A stretch of 64,000 nucleotides of DNA, taken from NCBI RefSeq assembly GCF_024521635.1, contig NW_026250413.1:248001-312000 (forward strand), read 5' to 3'. Shown here piece by piece: positions 25,870-36,753 of this stretch. The position numbers and the translations under genes are program-made. Source of the DNA: Tricharina praecox (taxonomy: Eukaryota). Each line of letters begins with the position of its first letter. Position 1 is the stretch's first letter. The notes under the pieces are model-generated. The model saw only the letters and a list, made by a program, of their open reading frames with translations, was not told the origin of the DNA and did no database searches.

Positions 25870-27130
25870 TTAACAGCAACCTCCAGCCGCTCCCTGCTGG
25901 ACGTCCCGACCGTTGTTGACCGTGACCGCGGGTTTGTTGTTGACAGCAGTGGATCCCATGCGCTCCTACAGGAAAATGGGTTAGCTTCGCGGTCCAACGA
26001 CAAGTTGGCCCAGCCAGACAAGGTAGAGGATGGCAACAAACCTTGATCTGTCGGGCCATCGTCAAGAAGGCCTGCTCGACGTTGGTGGCGTTCTTTGCCG
26101 AGGTCTCCAAGAATGGGATTCCAAGACTGTCGGCAAATTCCTATCCGGCGCGAGCAGCTGATTAGCACAGGAAATCTTTTGCGCGACCGCCGAGTCATGG
26201 GGACTGTGGGGCAAAGTACCTTTGCGACAGCATAGTCGACCACCTTCTTGTCCGCCATATCACTCTTGTTGCCCACGAGGAGCTTGTTCACACCTTCCGT
26301 CGCGTAGCGGTCGATCTCCTGCAACCACTGCTTGACGTTGTTGAAGGAGTCTGGTAAACGAGTTAGCGAGCGTCGTCGTCATCGTAAACGGGAGCCCATA
26401 CCCATGTCCGTCACATCATACACGACACAGATGCCATGCGCCCCTATCGAATTTCGTCAGCCATTCAAGTCATATGACAGCCTTCCGTGAGTCAACACCG
26501 AGCGCCAAGTACCTCTGTAGTAGGAACTGGTGATGGTCCGGAACCGCTCCTGGCCAGCTGTATCCCACTGCACAATATTGTCAGCCGCCCGTGTGGCCTC
26601 AAAGCGGATCGTGGCGGATCCGGGGGCGAAGGGGAGCACGTACGATCTGAAGCTTCACAGTCTTGCCATCGAGCTCGATCGTGCGGATTTTCTGGTTATC
26701 AGGTCAGCATTCCATACGTATTGTGTCAGTCGAACGCATGGACGTACAAAGTCGACTCCGATAGTCGAGATGTAGCTCTCGGTGTAGGTGTCATCTGCGA
26801 ATCTGAGCAAAAGACAGGACTTTCCGACACCAGAGTCTCCGATGAGGAGGAGCTTGAAAAGGTAGTCGTATCTGGAGTTTCCGGCATCGTCAGCATCATC
26901 GCAGGGGCCAGAGAACGACACAGCGACCGAGGATCGACAGCACGAATCCGAGTCGAGCGTGTGCAGAAACGAGGGGAGTAATTGGAAGGGCGGTTGAACT
27001 CTGTACGCTAATCAGCAAACCGATGTGGCCGAGGGAAGTGGTGATGGCGAAGGCGGGGGAGGGGAGGTTTAGAGGGGAGGATAAGGCGGCGATAGAGGGG
27101 GTAGGAAACATACCACTCGGGGGTAACCAT
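25870..27130 (-). CDS. YPT1: Rab1/Ypt1 GTPase, 8 coding exons; first coding intron is a twin intron
   Basis: [72 protein letters not shown]. Confidence 0.97.
26872..27116 (-). other. Putative [D3,4] stwintron: internal intron 27113-27001 nested in the donor of an external intron (27116-27114 plus 27000-26872)
   Basis: GA|GTG[GTATGT..GCTGAT..TACAG]AGT..GCTGAC..CCAG|ATACGAC. Removing the internal intron creates GTGAGT. Confidence 0.82.
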
Positions 27131-27180
27131 TGTTGCGGTAGGATGTTCTTAGTGGTGTTGTTTGGGGAGGGTGATGAAAA

Positions 27181-27461
27181 CTGTTGTTGGATGGAGCAAG
27201 GTCGGTCAGTCAGTGAAGTTGGCTTTAGTTGCGGTGGGCAAGAGGGTGGTGGTGGTGGAAGTGGTGTTGGTAGAGGTGGTGTTGTTGTTATTGAGTTGGC
27301 GGGTTTGAAGCTGAAGGAAGAGGGAGGGAGGGAAGGATCCGAAGCAAGCAAGCGGCAAGCACAGGGGAAGCAAGCAAGCAAAGCAAAGCAAAGCAAGCGA
27401 AGGGGTAGCCACTCAGCCACACCGGGGCGACAGCGACAAGAGAAGACAAAGAAGTACGTAC
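27181..27461 (-). other. Probable 5'-UTR intron of YPT1
   Basis: GTACGT donor at 27461, ACTGAC branch, CAG acceptor at 27181 (50 nt upstream of the ATG). Confidence 0.55.
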
Positions 27462-28420
27462 AGTTCGCCGAAAGCTCTTATTAGGCGGTGACAGTAGCTG
27501 GAGACGGTGGTGGAGAAGTGGTATTCGCGGCTGTCGGGCGTTGAAGCGATGAACGTGGTTGGTGGGTTTGGTGGTGGTGGTTTTGCGGTGGTGGTGGTTT
27601 TGCGGTGGTGGAGGAAGAGAAGGGGAGGAGCGTGAATGGCTTTGCTTTTCGGTGAGTTGACTCCAAGGGTTCTTTTGAGTGATAGTATGTCTGGCGTTCT
27701 TAGCCGCGAGGAGAGGAAAGCGAGCTGCCTTATGTCGGATGGCGGATAGTGAGAGAGCCACAGATGGAAAGCGAGAGAAGAAGACGGCCATTCTATGGCA
27801 GATGTCCTCGTCCTATCCACAGCCTTTAGAGATTCTGTCACATGGACAATCCTTCCGTCTCCACTGATCCATCCGAGATGTTTGCGATCATCATCACCCG
27901 GAAAAGTGCGGTAACTATGCGTTTCACATTTCAGCTATGATGGGCGGACTCCCTCGACTACGATGCGGCTATCCCGCTCAAACAGCTCTTTGATTCAGCC
28001 CGCCGGTCCTGGTTATCATCGACGATATCATAGCTTGCAGACAGCAGGCCAATCCGATTGCTGGTATACTTATGCGTAGAAAGAGCTATGCGCGTGCCGC
28101 ACAAAGTCGTGTGGAGGCTTGAAGCATTCGGCCCCCGAGTCTAGCTAAGGACATGCCATCCACCACCCTCTCTCGTCCTTATATCGTCCTGATATATCCA
28201 TCCCATCTTTCTTCAAAACGGAAAGGTTTTTGCTTCTTCCTGGACCTTGCAGGCGACGCCGCCCCAACTTCGGTAGAGTGCCGACTGTTAACTTTGTCGC
28301 TCTTGCGTCTTTCGTCGTCGACCTCCTCCTCCTCCTCCCCCTCCCTCGTCGTCACTTCTTGACTTCTGCAACCAACACCATCAACACCACCCCCCACCAC
28401 CACCACGACCCCGCGAGCCC

Positions 28421-30415
28421 ATGAATCCTTCAGGCGCGCTGCAACCGTCACCAGGCCCCAAGCCTCCGGCACGCTACCAATGGGGCAAACCCATCAAAGA
28501 CCAGATCTTCTGGCAGAAGCCCGACAAGGTAAGTGGACTCTTCTTTCGATATGACTTCCGTTTGATTGACCCGTTCGATAGCCAATGTTCCTCGACGAAG
28601 TGTTGCTCGACTTCCCAGAGTAGGCAAAACTGCCCTGGACCCTTGCATGCCGCCAACGGACAGCTGACCTCGCAAAGGCCCGTTTCGATACCAACAGTCA
28701 ACAGGGCTGATATGAATGTTGGACCCACCTCGAAGGTCGAGGCCAATGTGCGATTCCTCCGACAGCGCCACCAGGAGCAGAGGTGAGCCCCGTGTTGCGA
28801 CTCATCAGGGTTATCTTGGTGTTTATCATTACTCAGGCGCCGTCTTCTGGCGCGTCACGAAGCCGAGTACCAGAAGTGGATGGCCGACATCGAGAAAGGC
28901 ATCGATGTTGAGGACTTCCCCGCCGACGACTACCAGTTTATCAAGCCTACCATTGGGATTTATCCAGAGTCCGTCGAGATGATCAAATCGGAGGAATCAA
29001 GGGCGATGATCAAGCGTCTGCCGATCGACAAGCGCAACGTGTTGGTCTCTATCGATCAGCTTATCGCCCTCACGCAACCGTCTGGCTCCGGGGGGCACAC
29101 TGCTCCTGATGCCCGAGAATCCTCTGCGTCCGGAGATGCACGCAAGTCAAGGAGCGGTACTCCTCCTGTCCGAAATGACCGGGTGCGTACTCTGGAGAAG
29201 ATAAATCCCATCGACGATGGTCGGACTCGTGCTCGGAGAATTCCCGCTGACGATGGTGGGATTTGCGCTCAGCAGACATCACGCCGTCAGCTAGAAACTC
29301 CGGCGATCAATTTCGCCGCGCTGATTGGGCGTATGGCAGCCGACGAGCGGAGAAGGATGCTGGGCGAAGACCAGGAGCTGCGGCTGTTCCACATTGACAC
29401 CATGGAGATCTACTACCAGGCCATGATGAAACTTGACTCGGTCAAGTATCCCCCGCTGCCTCCGCAGCAGAGGGAGGGTCGAACAACGGCGCCGCTGAAT
29501 AAGGACGGCAGCGCGTTCAGAAGGAGGTCGTCGGGTGGGAGTGTTAACATGCCGCCGCCCGCTAGACGCGAGTCTATCACTGGTTCTACGGCTCTTCCTA
29601 GCCCTAGCGGTCCGACTGGTCCTGCGTCTGGGGTATTGGCTGCTCTTACTATGCAGGCTGGTTTTCCTGCCCAGAGGCCACGGAGTAGTGATGGTGCCAC
29701 TCCAAGGGGAGGAGGAGGGATGGGTGGTGGTGGGGGTGGAAGAGGGGGCGGGGAAGGGGGAGGAGGCGGTAACATTTTCACTCTAAGAGGAAGGGAGCAT
29801 GAGGATGCTGCTCCAAGAGGAAGGGGTGGATCCACTCACAGAGGTAGGAACGAGGACGACCATTCCAGAGAAGGAAGGAGTGGTTATGCTAGCAGAGGGA
29901 GAGATGATGATTCCAGTCCGAAGGGGAAGGGCAACCGCTATGCTTCGCGGGGAAGAGGTAGAGGGAGGGGCAAAACCCGCTCTTCTTCGCGAGAACGTGG
30001 TGGTTACGCTCCTAGAGGAAGAGGCTCTCCTAGAGGAAGAGGCTCTCCTAGAGGAAGAGGCTCTCCTACTGATGACCGCAGAGGATTCGATTATCCTCAC
30101 AGATCGCCCGGATACCGCCCTCCGGGCCCCTCAAGGCCCGATCCAAGAAGTCTGGATAGATCCCGTGCTCGGAGCAGATCCCGTCCTCGGGGTAGACCCG
30201 GTGCTTGGAGCCACTTCCCTCCGAGGAGCAAATCCCGTCCTCCAGTCCAGTCCAGGCCCCCTCCGAGGAGTCCTGGAGCGCCCCGCCCAAAGAGTGCCAA
30301 TCAGTTCCGTCAGAAGAGTCCTGACCAGCGCCCCCCTCCCGGCAATACCCGTCCTCCCCCTGCTACTCTCCCTTCAAGAAGCCCTCCGAGAGACCCTAGG
30401 CTCCCTAGGCCTTGA
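28421..30415 (+). CDS. Hypothetical protein (~609 aa) with RGG/RG- and RS/SP-rich C-terminal half; exons 28421-28528, 28582-28619, 28678-28782, 28837-30415
   Basis: Three GT-AG introns join the upstream ATG in frame to the 511-aa ORF; RGRGSP x3; ends in TGA TAA TAG. Confidence 0.72.
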
Positions 30416-31749
30416 TAATAGGTACATAGACCGATTCATCATGTTGAATGCGGGATCAAGATTTTCTTTTGTGTACTTTTAATACTATCAATCACTGTGC
30501 ACGTCTGATGTTCTATCTTTTTGTTTGTTTATTCATTGTGCATGCGACCTATCTACTCTGGATCATAGCAATAGGTATAGAGTACACGCTCCATTTCCAC
30601 GCCACTGTTCAACGGGACTCTCATCAGGGGAGCGGTGTGGCTTTCTTGACGATATATGAGCGCACCCAGGAAAAAAGAAAGAAAAAAAGAAAGTTCGCCC
30701 CTCAAGCCTTCTCTCAACGTCCTCAACGTCCTCCGCCCCGTCCACTAGCCGCAAGCTCTCTGCCGCAAGCTCTCTGCCTGTCTCTTCCTATTCCCCAACA
30801 TCCCACTCAGACACCCCGCATATGTACTGCATCTTCCTCAACGACCGAGTCCGGGTCCGGGTCTGATATTCGTCTGCCGAGATCTGTGCCGACTTCAGTA
30901 GCGGCAAGAAAGGGTAAGAAGGTGCAAAAAAGTCCAAGAAAGTCCAAGAAAGTCCAAGAAATTCCAAGAAAGTGACTGCCTGACTGCAACTCTCGTGTAT
31001 AATACAAAGAGGTTACAGGTCTTGGAGCTCCCCGTCTCCTTCTGAACCTTTGCATACAGGATCATTCATAGTCTTTGTCCACAGGATGGTGGAGCTTCTA
31101 CTGGATTTTTTATGGCATTAACTACAGGCAGGACTTGAGGATGTCTGGGTTTTGTACATAGCAGCCCCATCTGTACTCGAGTAGAGTAGAGTAAAATAGT
31201 AGCGGGCGTCTGGACTCTGCGCGGTTGTTTGTCCACTGGAGATACATACCGGTATATAGTACTACTGGCCGGTGAGATGAGGCAGTGTCCTATCTTCAGC
31301 TGGTAGTTACCGTACGTCAAACCTTGAGGCCCGGTTCTCGCGGGCCCTGGCCGCCGGCCGGGCTCGGCCCCGGCATCTAACAAAGTTTTCGGCTATAGCT
31401 AACTACCGGTAGCTACATCTTACATCTTGCTGCTGATTCGCTTCGGCCCATGCCTTCACTTCCTTCCGTTTGCTTCCTTCCACATTTGATACCGGTACAT
31501 ATTCCACCTTAGTGATCGCCTATGAAGCACTTAGTACATCGGTAGCCGATTACTATAGAGTAAACAAGCTGCGGCCGTCGGTTAAGCCCGTGCCTGTAAG
31601 CCCGTGCCCGTGCCCGTCAGGCGCAAGCACTGTGCACCATCCACGGTCCACCGGTCAACGCGTCCACCCCACCTCGTCCACCTCCCCCCACCACCCCACC
31701 ACCACCCCCCTTACCTCCCCCCGCCCCACCAGTAAAGAAGCAAACGAAG

Positions 31750-32347
31750 ATGCCCACCTCCGCCGAAAGCAAGACATTCTTCAAGATCCGCGACTACACA
31801 TGGGAGAACAACGCGGAGTTCCAGGCCGGGCTGCGGAGTATCGTCTCCTCGGCAGCAGCGAATGATGTGCGTGTACTCACTAATAGGGCGAAGTGTTTCT
31901 ATTTTGCGAAGTAGGTTTCTCTCTTCTTCTTCTGTTTCTACAGAGGTGCGATTGGGCATTGGGGAGGGGAGGGGGGGGATTGGGGGGGGGAGGGGGTTTG
32001 GGGTTAGAGTGCAGCGTTGATCGCCCGAAAGGAAAACAGGTGTGCATGTTAGCGACGCGGAATACCAGGCCTGGCTCGACGGCGGTATGACGAGTCCGCC
32101 TACTACTCCGGACGAGCACGAAGACGAGCACGAGCACGGTCACGGTCACGAAGAAGTGGAGCAGGAGGCGGGAGGGGAGAAAGACGAAGCGCCGTACCCC
32201 AAGAGCTTTGCGGAGGTGGTGGAGCTCATCACCGCTGGCAAGCCGATCCCGGGGATCATGGAGATCCCAGACACCATCCTGCCGCTGCCGACGGAAGCGG
32301 AAGCGGCGACTGCGCCCGTCAGGAGGAAGCCCTGGGAGAAGGAGTGA
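31750..32347 (+). CDS. PEX39: PEX39-like (YJR012C/C6orf226) KPWE-motif protein; exons 31750-31910, 32032-32347; 158 aa
   Basis: YTWENNAEFQAGL..AKCFYFAK..EYQAWL and PYPKSFAEVVELITAGKPIPGIMEIPDTIL..RRKPWE. Confidence 0.8.
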
Positions 32348-32391
32348 CGAGTGATGGGTGGGCACTGAACACTGCATGGGTTCGGGTGGGG

Positions 32392-32452
32392 GCATTGTTG
32401 GCATTGTTGGCATTGTTGGCATTGTTGGCATTGTTGGCATTGTTGGCATTGT
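32392..32452. repeat. (GGCATTGTT)n 9-bp tandem repeat in the 3' flank
   Basis: About 7 units seen directly. Confidence 0.9.
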
Positions 32453-32655
32453 TGAGGGTTGGCGAGTGGGACATGTGTACCTACCGTATGGTGGCTGGCC
32501 TGGATCATGGGCCCCTGAGGCTTGAGTAAGTGAGCTAGGTAGCATAGCATATGTCTTTCAAGGGTACCTAAATACCCGTCCCGCTCCGCTCTCCGCTGCT
32601 CGCTGCTCGTGTGTCCACAGACTCCCACTCGTACACTGGATACCTATACGCAATC

Positions 32656-33864
32656 ATGATCCCCAGCACGTTCCCACTCGTCACGACCGCGCTCGTCGTC
32701 GCCGCAGGGAGCTACATCGCCCTCTGCCGGCAGCGTCGCTACGCACGGCTCGCCGAGCTCCAAGCCCGCCACAACTCGCACTCCCTCAGCAGCGCCGAAC
32801 TACACTCCACCCTCAGCCTGTCCGCGGCCGAATCCATCATCAGCACGCAAATCGAGCTGGAGTTCCCATGGACATTCCACACGGCGCTTCAATTCGCGTT
32901 ATTCCGCACCTACGCGATCCCCAGCATCTCACGGGTGCTTCAGGGGACGGGGCAGCTATGCACGGCGCACCACGCAGGGCGACGGTACGCGGACACAGTC
33001 GTGCTAATCGGCGAGTTCACGACGTGGCCTTTGGGGTCGGCGCGGGCGGCGCGGGCCATCGCGCGCATGAACTTCCTGCACCGCGCGCACCCCGATATCC
33101 GCGCCGAGGATATGCTCTACACGCTGCTGCTGTTTGCTACCCAGCCCATAGAGTTTATTAACCGCTGCGAGTGGCGCGGGGTTACGGAGCTGGAGGAAGC
33201 GGCGAGCTGGAGGTTCTGGTTTGAGGTTGGTAGGAGGATGGGGATTCCTGAGGAGACGATTCCGGGGAGCTATAAGGACATGGTGGAAGCGTATCACGCC
33301 TACGAGGAGCAACATATGTGTCCTGCCGAGAGTAATGAGTTCGTGGGCAGGCAGACTGTCAAGCTGCTGCTGTATTGGGTCCCCGGCGAGACGGCGAAGC
33401 GGACGGCTAGGCAGCTGGTGTATGCCGTGTGCAATCCAAGGCTGCGGAGGGGCATGGGGTTTCCGGAGCCCGCGGCGTGGGCGGTGTGGTTGCTCCCCGC
33501 GCTCCTGGGCGCGAGACGGTTCTTCCTGAGGCATTTGGCGCTCCCGAGGAGAGATGCCAGCAGGCAGCGGAATGTTTCCGACCGCCCAGCTGAGAATGGC
33601 AGGTACTTCGTGCCGAAGTACGATAACCAGCCGTGGTACGTCCCCGCAACGTTTGGCAATCGATGGGGGCTGTGGGGAGTCGTCTCGAGGATCTTGGGAC
33701 TGCCGGTTGCGGGAACGGAGGGATATGGCGAGGATGGGTATGAAATCGGGACGGTGGGACCGACGGCGTTTAAGAAGGTGGGCGTGCAGACGGTTAGGAG
33801 GGAGGCGGAGGAGATTATGAAGATGGGAAGTGGTGGTGTGGGTGCTGGCTGCCCGTTTGGTTGA
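32656..33864 (+). CDS. MpaB/DUF2236 ER-bound oxygenase family protein
   Basis: N-terminal membrane anchor; FALFRTYAIPSIS, RRYADT, ARMNFLH, DMLYTL, PWYV and a C-terminal GCPF. Confidence 0.85.
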   Translation: MIPSTFPLVTTALVVAAGSYIALCRQRRYARLAELQARHNSHSLSSAELHSTLSLSAAESIISTQIELEFPWTFHTALQFALFRTYAIPSISRVLQGTGQLCTAHHAGRRYADTVVLIGEFTTWPLGSARAARAIARMNFLHRAHPDIRAEDMLYTLLLFATQPIEFINRCEWRGVTELEEAASWRFWFEVGRRMGIPEETIPGSYKDMVEAYHAYEEQHMCPAESNEFVGRQTVKLLLYWVPGETAKRTARQLVYAVCNPRLRRGMGFPEPAAWAVWLLPALLGARRFFLRHLALPRRDASRQRNVSDRPAENGRYFVPKYDNQPWYVPATFGNRWGLWGVVSRILGLPVAGTEGYGEDGYEIGTVGPTAFKKVGVQTVRREAEEIMKMGSGGVGAGCPFG

Positions 33865-34096
33865 GCTTCAGCCTTCAGCCTACTATACTGCTGCTGCTTC
33901 AGCTCATTGGTGAATGCGTTATTTGCCCTTTTGTTTGCTTTTTGTCTGTATCAATGCCCAATGCAGTACCGTTGTCGTGTTTTCTTATTCCGACGACGGT
34001 TCATTGATAAGCACCTTAGTTTTCAGTCATGCATTTGATCATTCGCTTCATTTAATCATTCGCTTCATTTAATTTCCTGTGGCATCAACATCCTCA

Positions 34097-35876
34097 CTAC
34101 TTCTCCGCAGGAGTATGTCTACTCCCACTGCCGCCACTCCCACTCTCGACCGTCACGATCTCCTCCTTCTCGAGCCCCAATCTACTAACGTCCCAGCCAT
34201 TCCTCTCCAAGTATTCCCTAAACATGCGATCCTCCTTCTGTATCGTATCCTGTCCGACATGAGGCAGCAGCATTGCGAGTCCCGCCGAGAGCACGCACAG
34301 GCTGCTACTGACCCAGAACGGCGCCTGATTCCCGCGGACGGTGTCTGACCCCCCGGAGTTCCTGATGATGATGGGGAAGACGTAGGTGCCAACGAAGGCA
34401 CCGATCTTTCCCACCGCCGCCGCGATGCCGTAGTACTGGCCGCGGATGGCGGTGGCGCTGGTTTTCGACGCGAGCAAGCCAATGTTGTCGCCTGGACCGA
34501 GCTCGCCGAAGGACAGGAACAGCCCGTACACGACCACGAAGGCGCCGATGTACTGCGGTGTCGCCAGCGTGCCGTAGAAGCCGCTGAGGAGGAAGCCGGT
34601 TATGCTTTGGAGCTGTGCGGACGCTGTAAGCAGCTATTCACTTGCATGTACATATGATGGAGGACTTACCACGAGACCCAGGATCAAACAGTATCTGGGC
34701 CCGATCCAGTCCGAAACGAAGCAACCCAGGAAGCTCCCGGGGATGTAGAACAGATTCACCACCACGTTCCACCCGAACGCCGTGATCATGTTTCCGTCGC
34801 CGGCGACCTGCGCCATGATGGTCGCCGAGTAGATTCCGGCCGAGTACACCGCGAACTAGATATGCATCATCCGTGAGCTACATACATACCTAGTGAGGGA
34901 CGAGGAGGGGGGAAGGATGGCGATGACTGACGTCGTAGATAAACCAGATCAGAGAGACAAGCGTGAGCCGCCACCAGTAGTACTTGATCACCAACCAGTA
35001 CGGCGTCTTCGTGTTGGCCATGCTGTTCTTCTTGGTCTGCTCGGGCTCCTGCAGGCGGAGACGGAGGAATAGCAGGGTGAAGGGCGGCAGGATTCCGAGG
35101 CCGAGACTTACTCGCCACTGTACAGTGTCAGCCCTTCCATAGTTAACAGACATCCGGGGGAGGGGGAAGCACTCACGTTGATCATCAGATCATGCCTCTC
35201 AGTCCCGAGGATCCACAGCCAAACCAGAGGTACGAACGCAGCCACCACAAAGCCGACATCGATACTAAAGTTGGTGAAGAGGATGAACCACCTATTCCTC
35301 GTTCCCTTCTTGACCTCACCGGTTGCCTCTGCAGCAGCAACACTGCCGGCGGGATACTCCCCGCCGATGCCAATGCCCAGGAAGAATCTGCACACGACCA
35401 GCATTGTGAACAGCCCGTCGACGCTTCCACCCGCGCCATAGCTCCCCGTACACAGCGCCGCAAACACGATCAGTATGACCGCCGAAATGGTCATGGCCAG
35501 CTTGCGCGTGTAGTGGTCCGCGACGTAGCCGAACGCCAGCTGCCCCACCACCGTCCCCGCGAACGCGATGCTGCTGACGTTGCTTTGCGCTTTGGACCCC
35601 GTGTATTCGTCGGGGTAGATCGTCGAGAGCATCACGCCGACTTGGCCGATTACCTGTCGTTCTCGTTCTCATTAACACCACCACCACAGAAATGCACAGC
35701 AGCGAGAGAACAGGACGCACCGCGTTGAGATACCCATCAGAGAACAGTCCGGCACCGCACGCAAACACGGGCCAGACCTTCTGCCATTTGCTCTTTTCCT
35801 CGGCACCCTCGTCCCGCACCACCTCCTCGTGCACCGAGTCTGCATCGTGCAGCGGAAAGGGATTAAGCTTGACCAT
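34097..35876 (-). CDS. GIT1: MFS glycerophosphodiester (Git1-like) permease, 5 exons
   Basis: ACGAGLFSDGYLN, GQLAFGYVAD, RFFLGIGIGGEYPAGSV, GELGPGDNIGL..RGQYYGIAAAVGKIGAFVG. Confidence 0.88.
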
Positions 35877-36060
35877 AGCCGCTGTCTGTCGTCGTACGTC
35901 GTCGTCGTCGTTATCGTCGTTAACCTTTTTCCGTATATATACTTTCTCGGAGGGAGGAGGAGAGGGGGGGGGAGATATAAACTCTCGCCAGCAGGCTCCC
36001 CCCGCTCCATGTGCAACCCAAAAACCCGATTAACCTACCGACTTACTACGTATATTGGTA

Positions 36061-36753
36061 AACGTGTGCTGCGTGGATATCGAAGCCATGGGATCTCTCG
36101 TCTATGTATGCAAGCCCGGAAGCATCATCGACATTGAGGCAAGATCTCCGTCCTCGGTCCCCGAAGGGGGGTGGCCGCCGTGCTAAGTCACATACATTAG
36201 GTACGGACGAACAAACCCATGCGATTCGGAATATCGGAGTTTGGGTTTGGGTTTGGGTTTGGGGTGCTAGGTATGATATTTTCCCTTCCCTTCCCTTCCC
36301 TGGGGCGGCGGGGCCTGTCAAGGGTCTTGCATGGGAGTGTCTGTGATTCCTGAGAAAACGAAAATAAAGCAAAAAGCAGGTTTCTCTACCGGGGATAAAC
36401 AAAAGCAGTGAGGAAGGTCATCAGTACTCTAGAGTACATACCGTACCAGGTACATAGCATCGACCGTTTCCCCTCTAACTATCCTCTTTCGCTCCCGACG
36501 CCGACTACATAAAAACACCGCACTTCTCTCCTCTCGAGAACCATCATGCGTAGACATTACGGTAGTTATCTCCAGCCAAGAGCGGGAAGCGGGAAGCCTA
36601 GCAAGCTAAGCTTTCCTTAGCCAGCGCCTTCCCTTCAGGGTGCATGTTTCGGAGGGTGCCGCTAAGTCGTACGAGATATAGATTACCGGTGAGGAAGAAA
36701 ATCTGAGTGATGGCGTCACATGGCCAATTGGCTATGCGGGGGTCACGCACGTG
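36061..36753. promoter_or_regulatory. Candidate Pho4/NUC-1-type E-boxes upstream of the GIT1-like gene
   Basis: AACGTG (CACGTT on minus) at 36061 and CACGTG at 36748. Confidence 0.35.

Noticed and set aside
28618-28622. Apparent in-frame TAG suggesting A-to-I stop editing or a pseudogene
   Set aside because: Explained by a normal intron GTAGGC..GCTGAC..AAG (28620-28677).
29799-30482. Overlapping 227-aa ORF with EEEALL repeats
   Set aside because: Alternative frame of the 18-bp RGRGSP repeat in the main gene.
31750-35876. Secondary-metabolite cluster around the mpaB-like oxygenase
   Set aside because: No PKS, NRPS, terpene synthase or prenyltransferase; neighbours are housekeeping genes.
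36240-36264. Interstitial telomere
   Set aside because: Unit is TTTGGG rather than TTAGGG, and there are only four copies.
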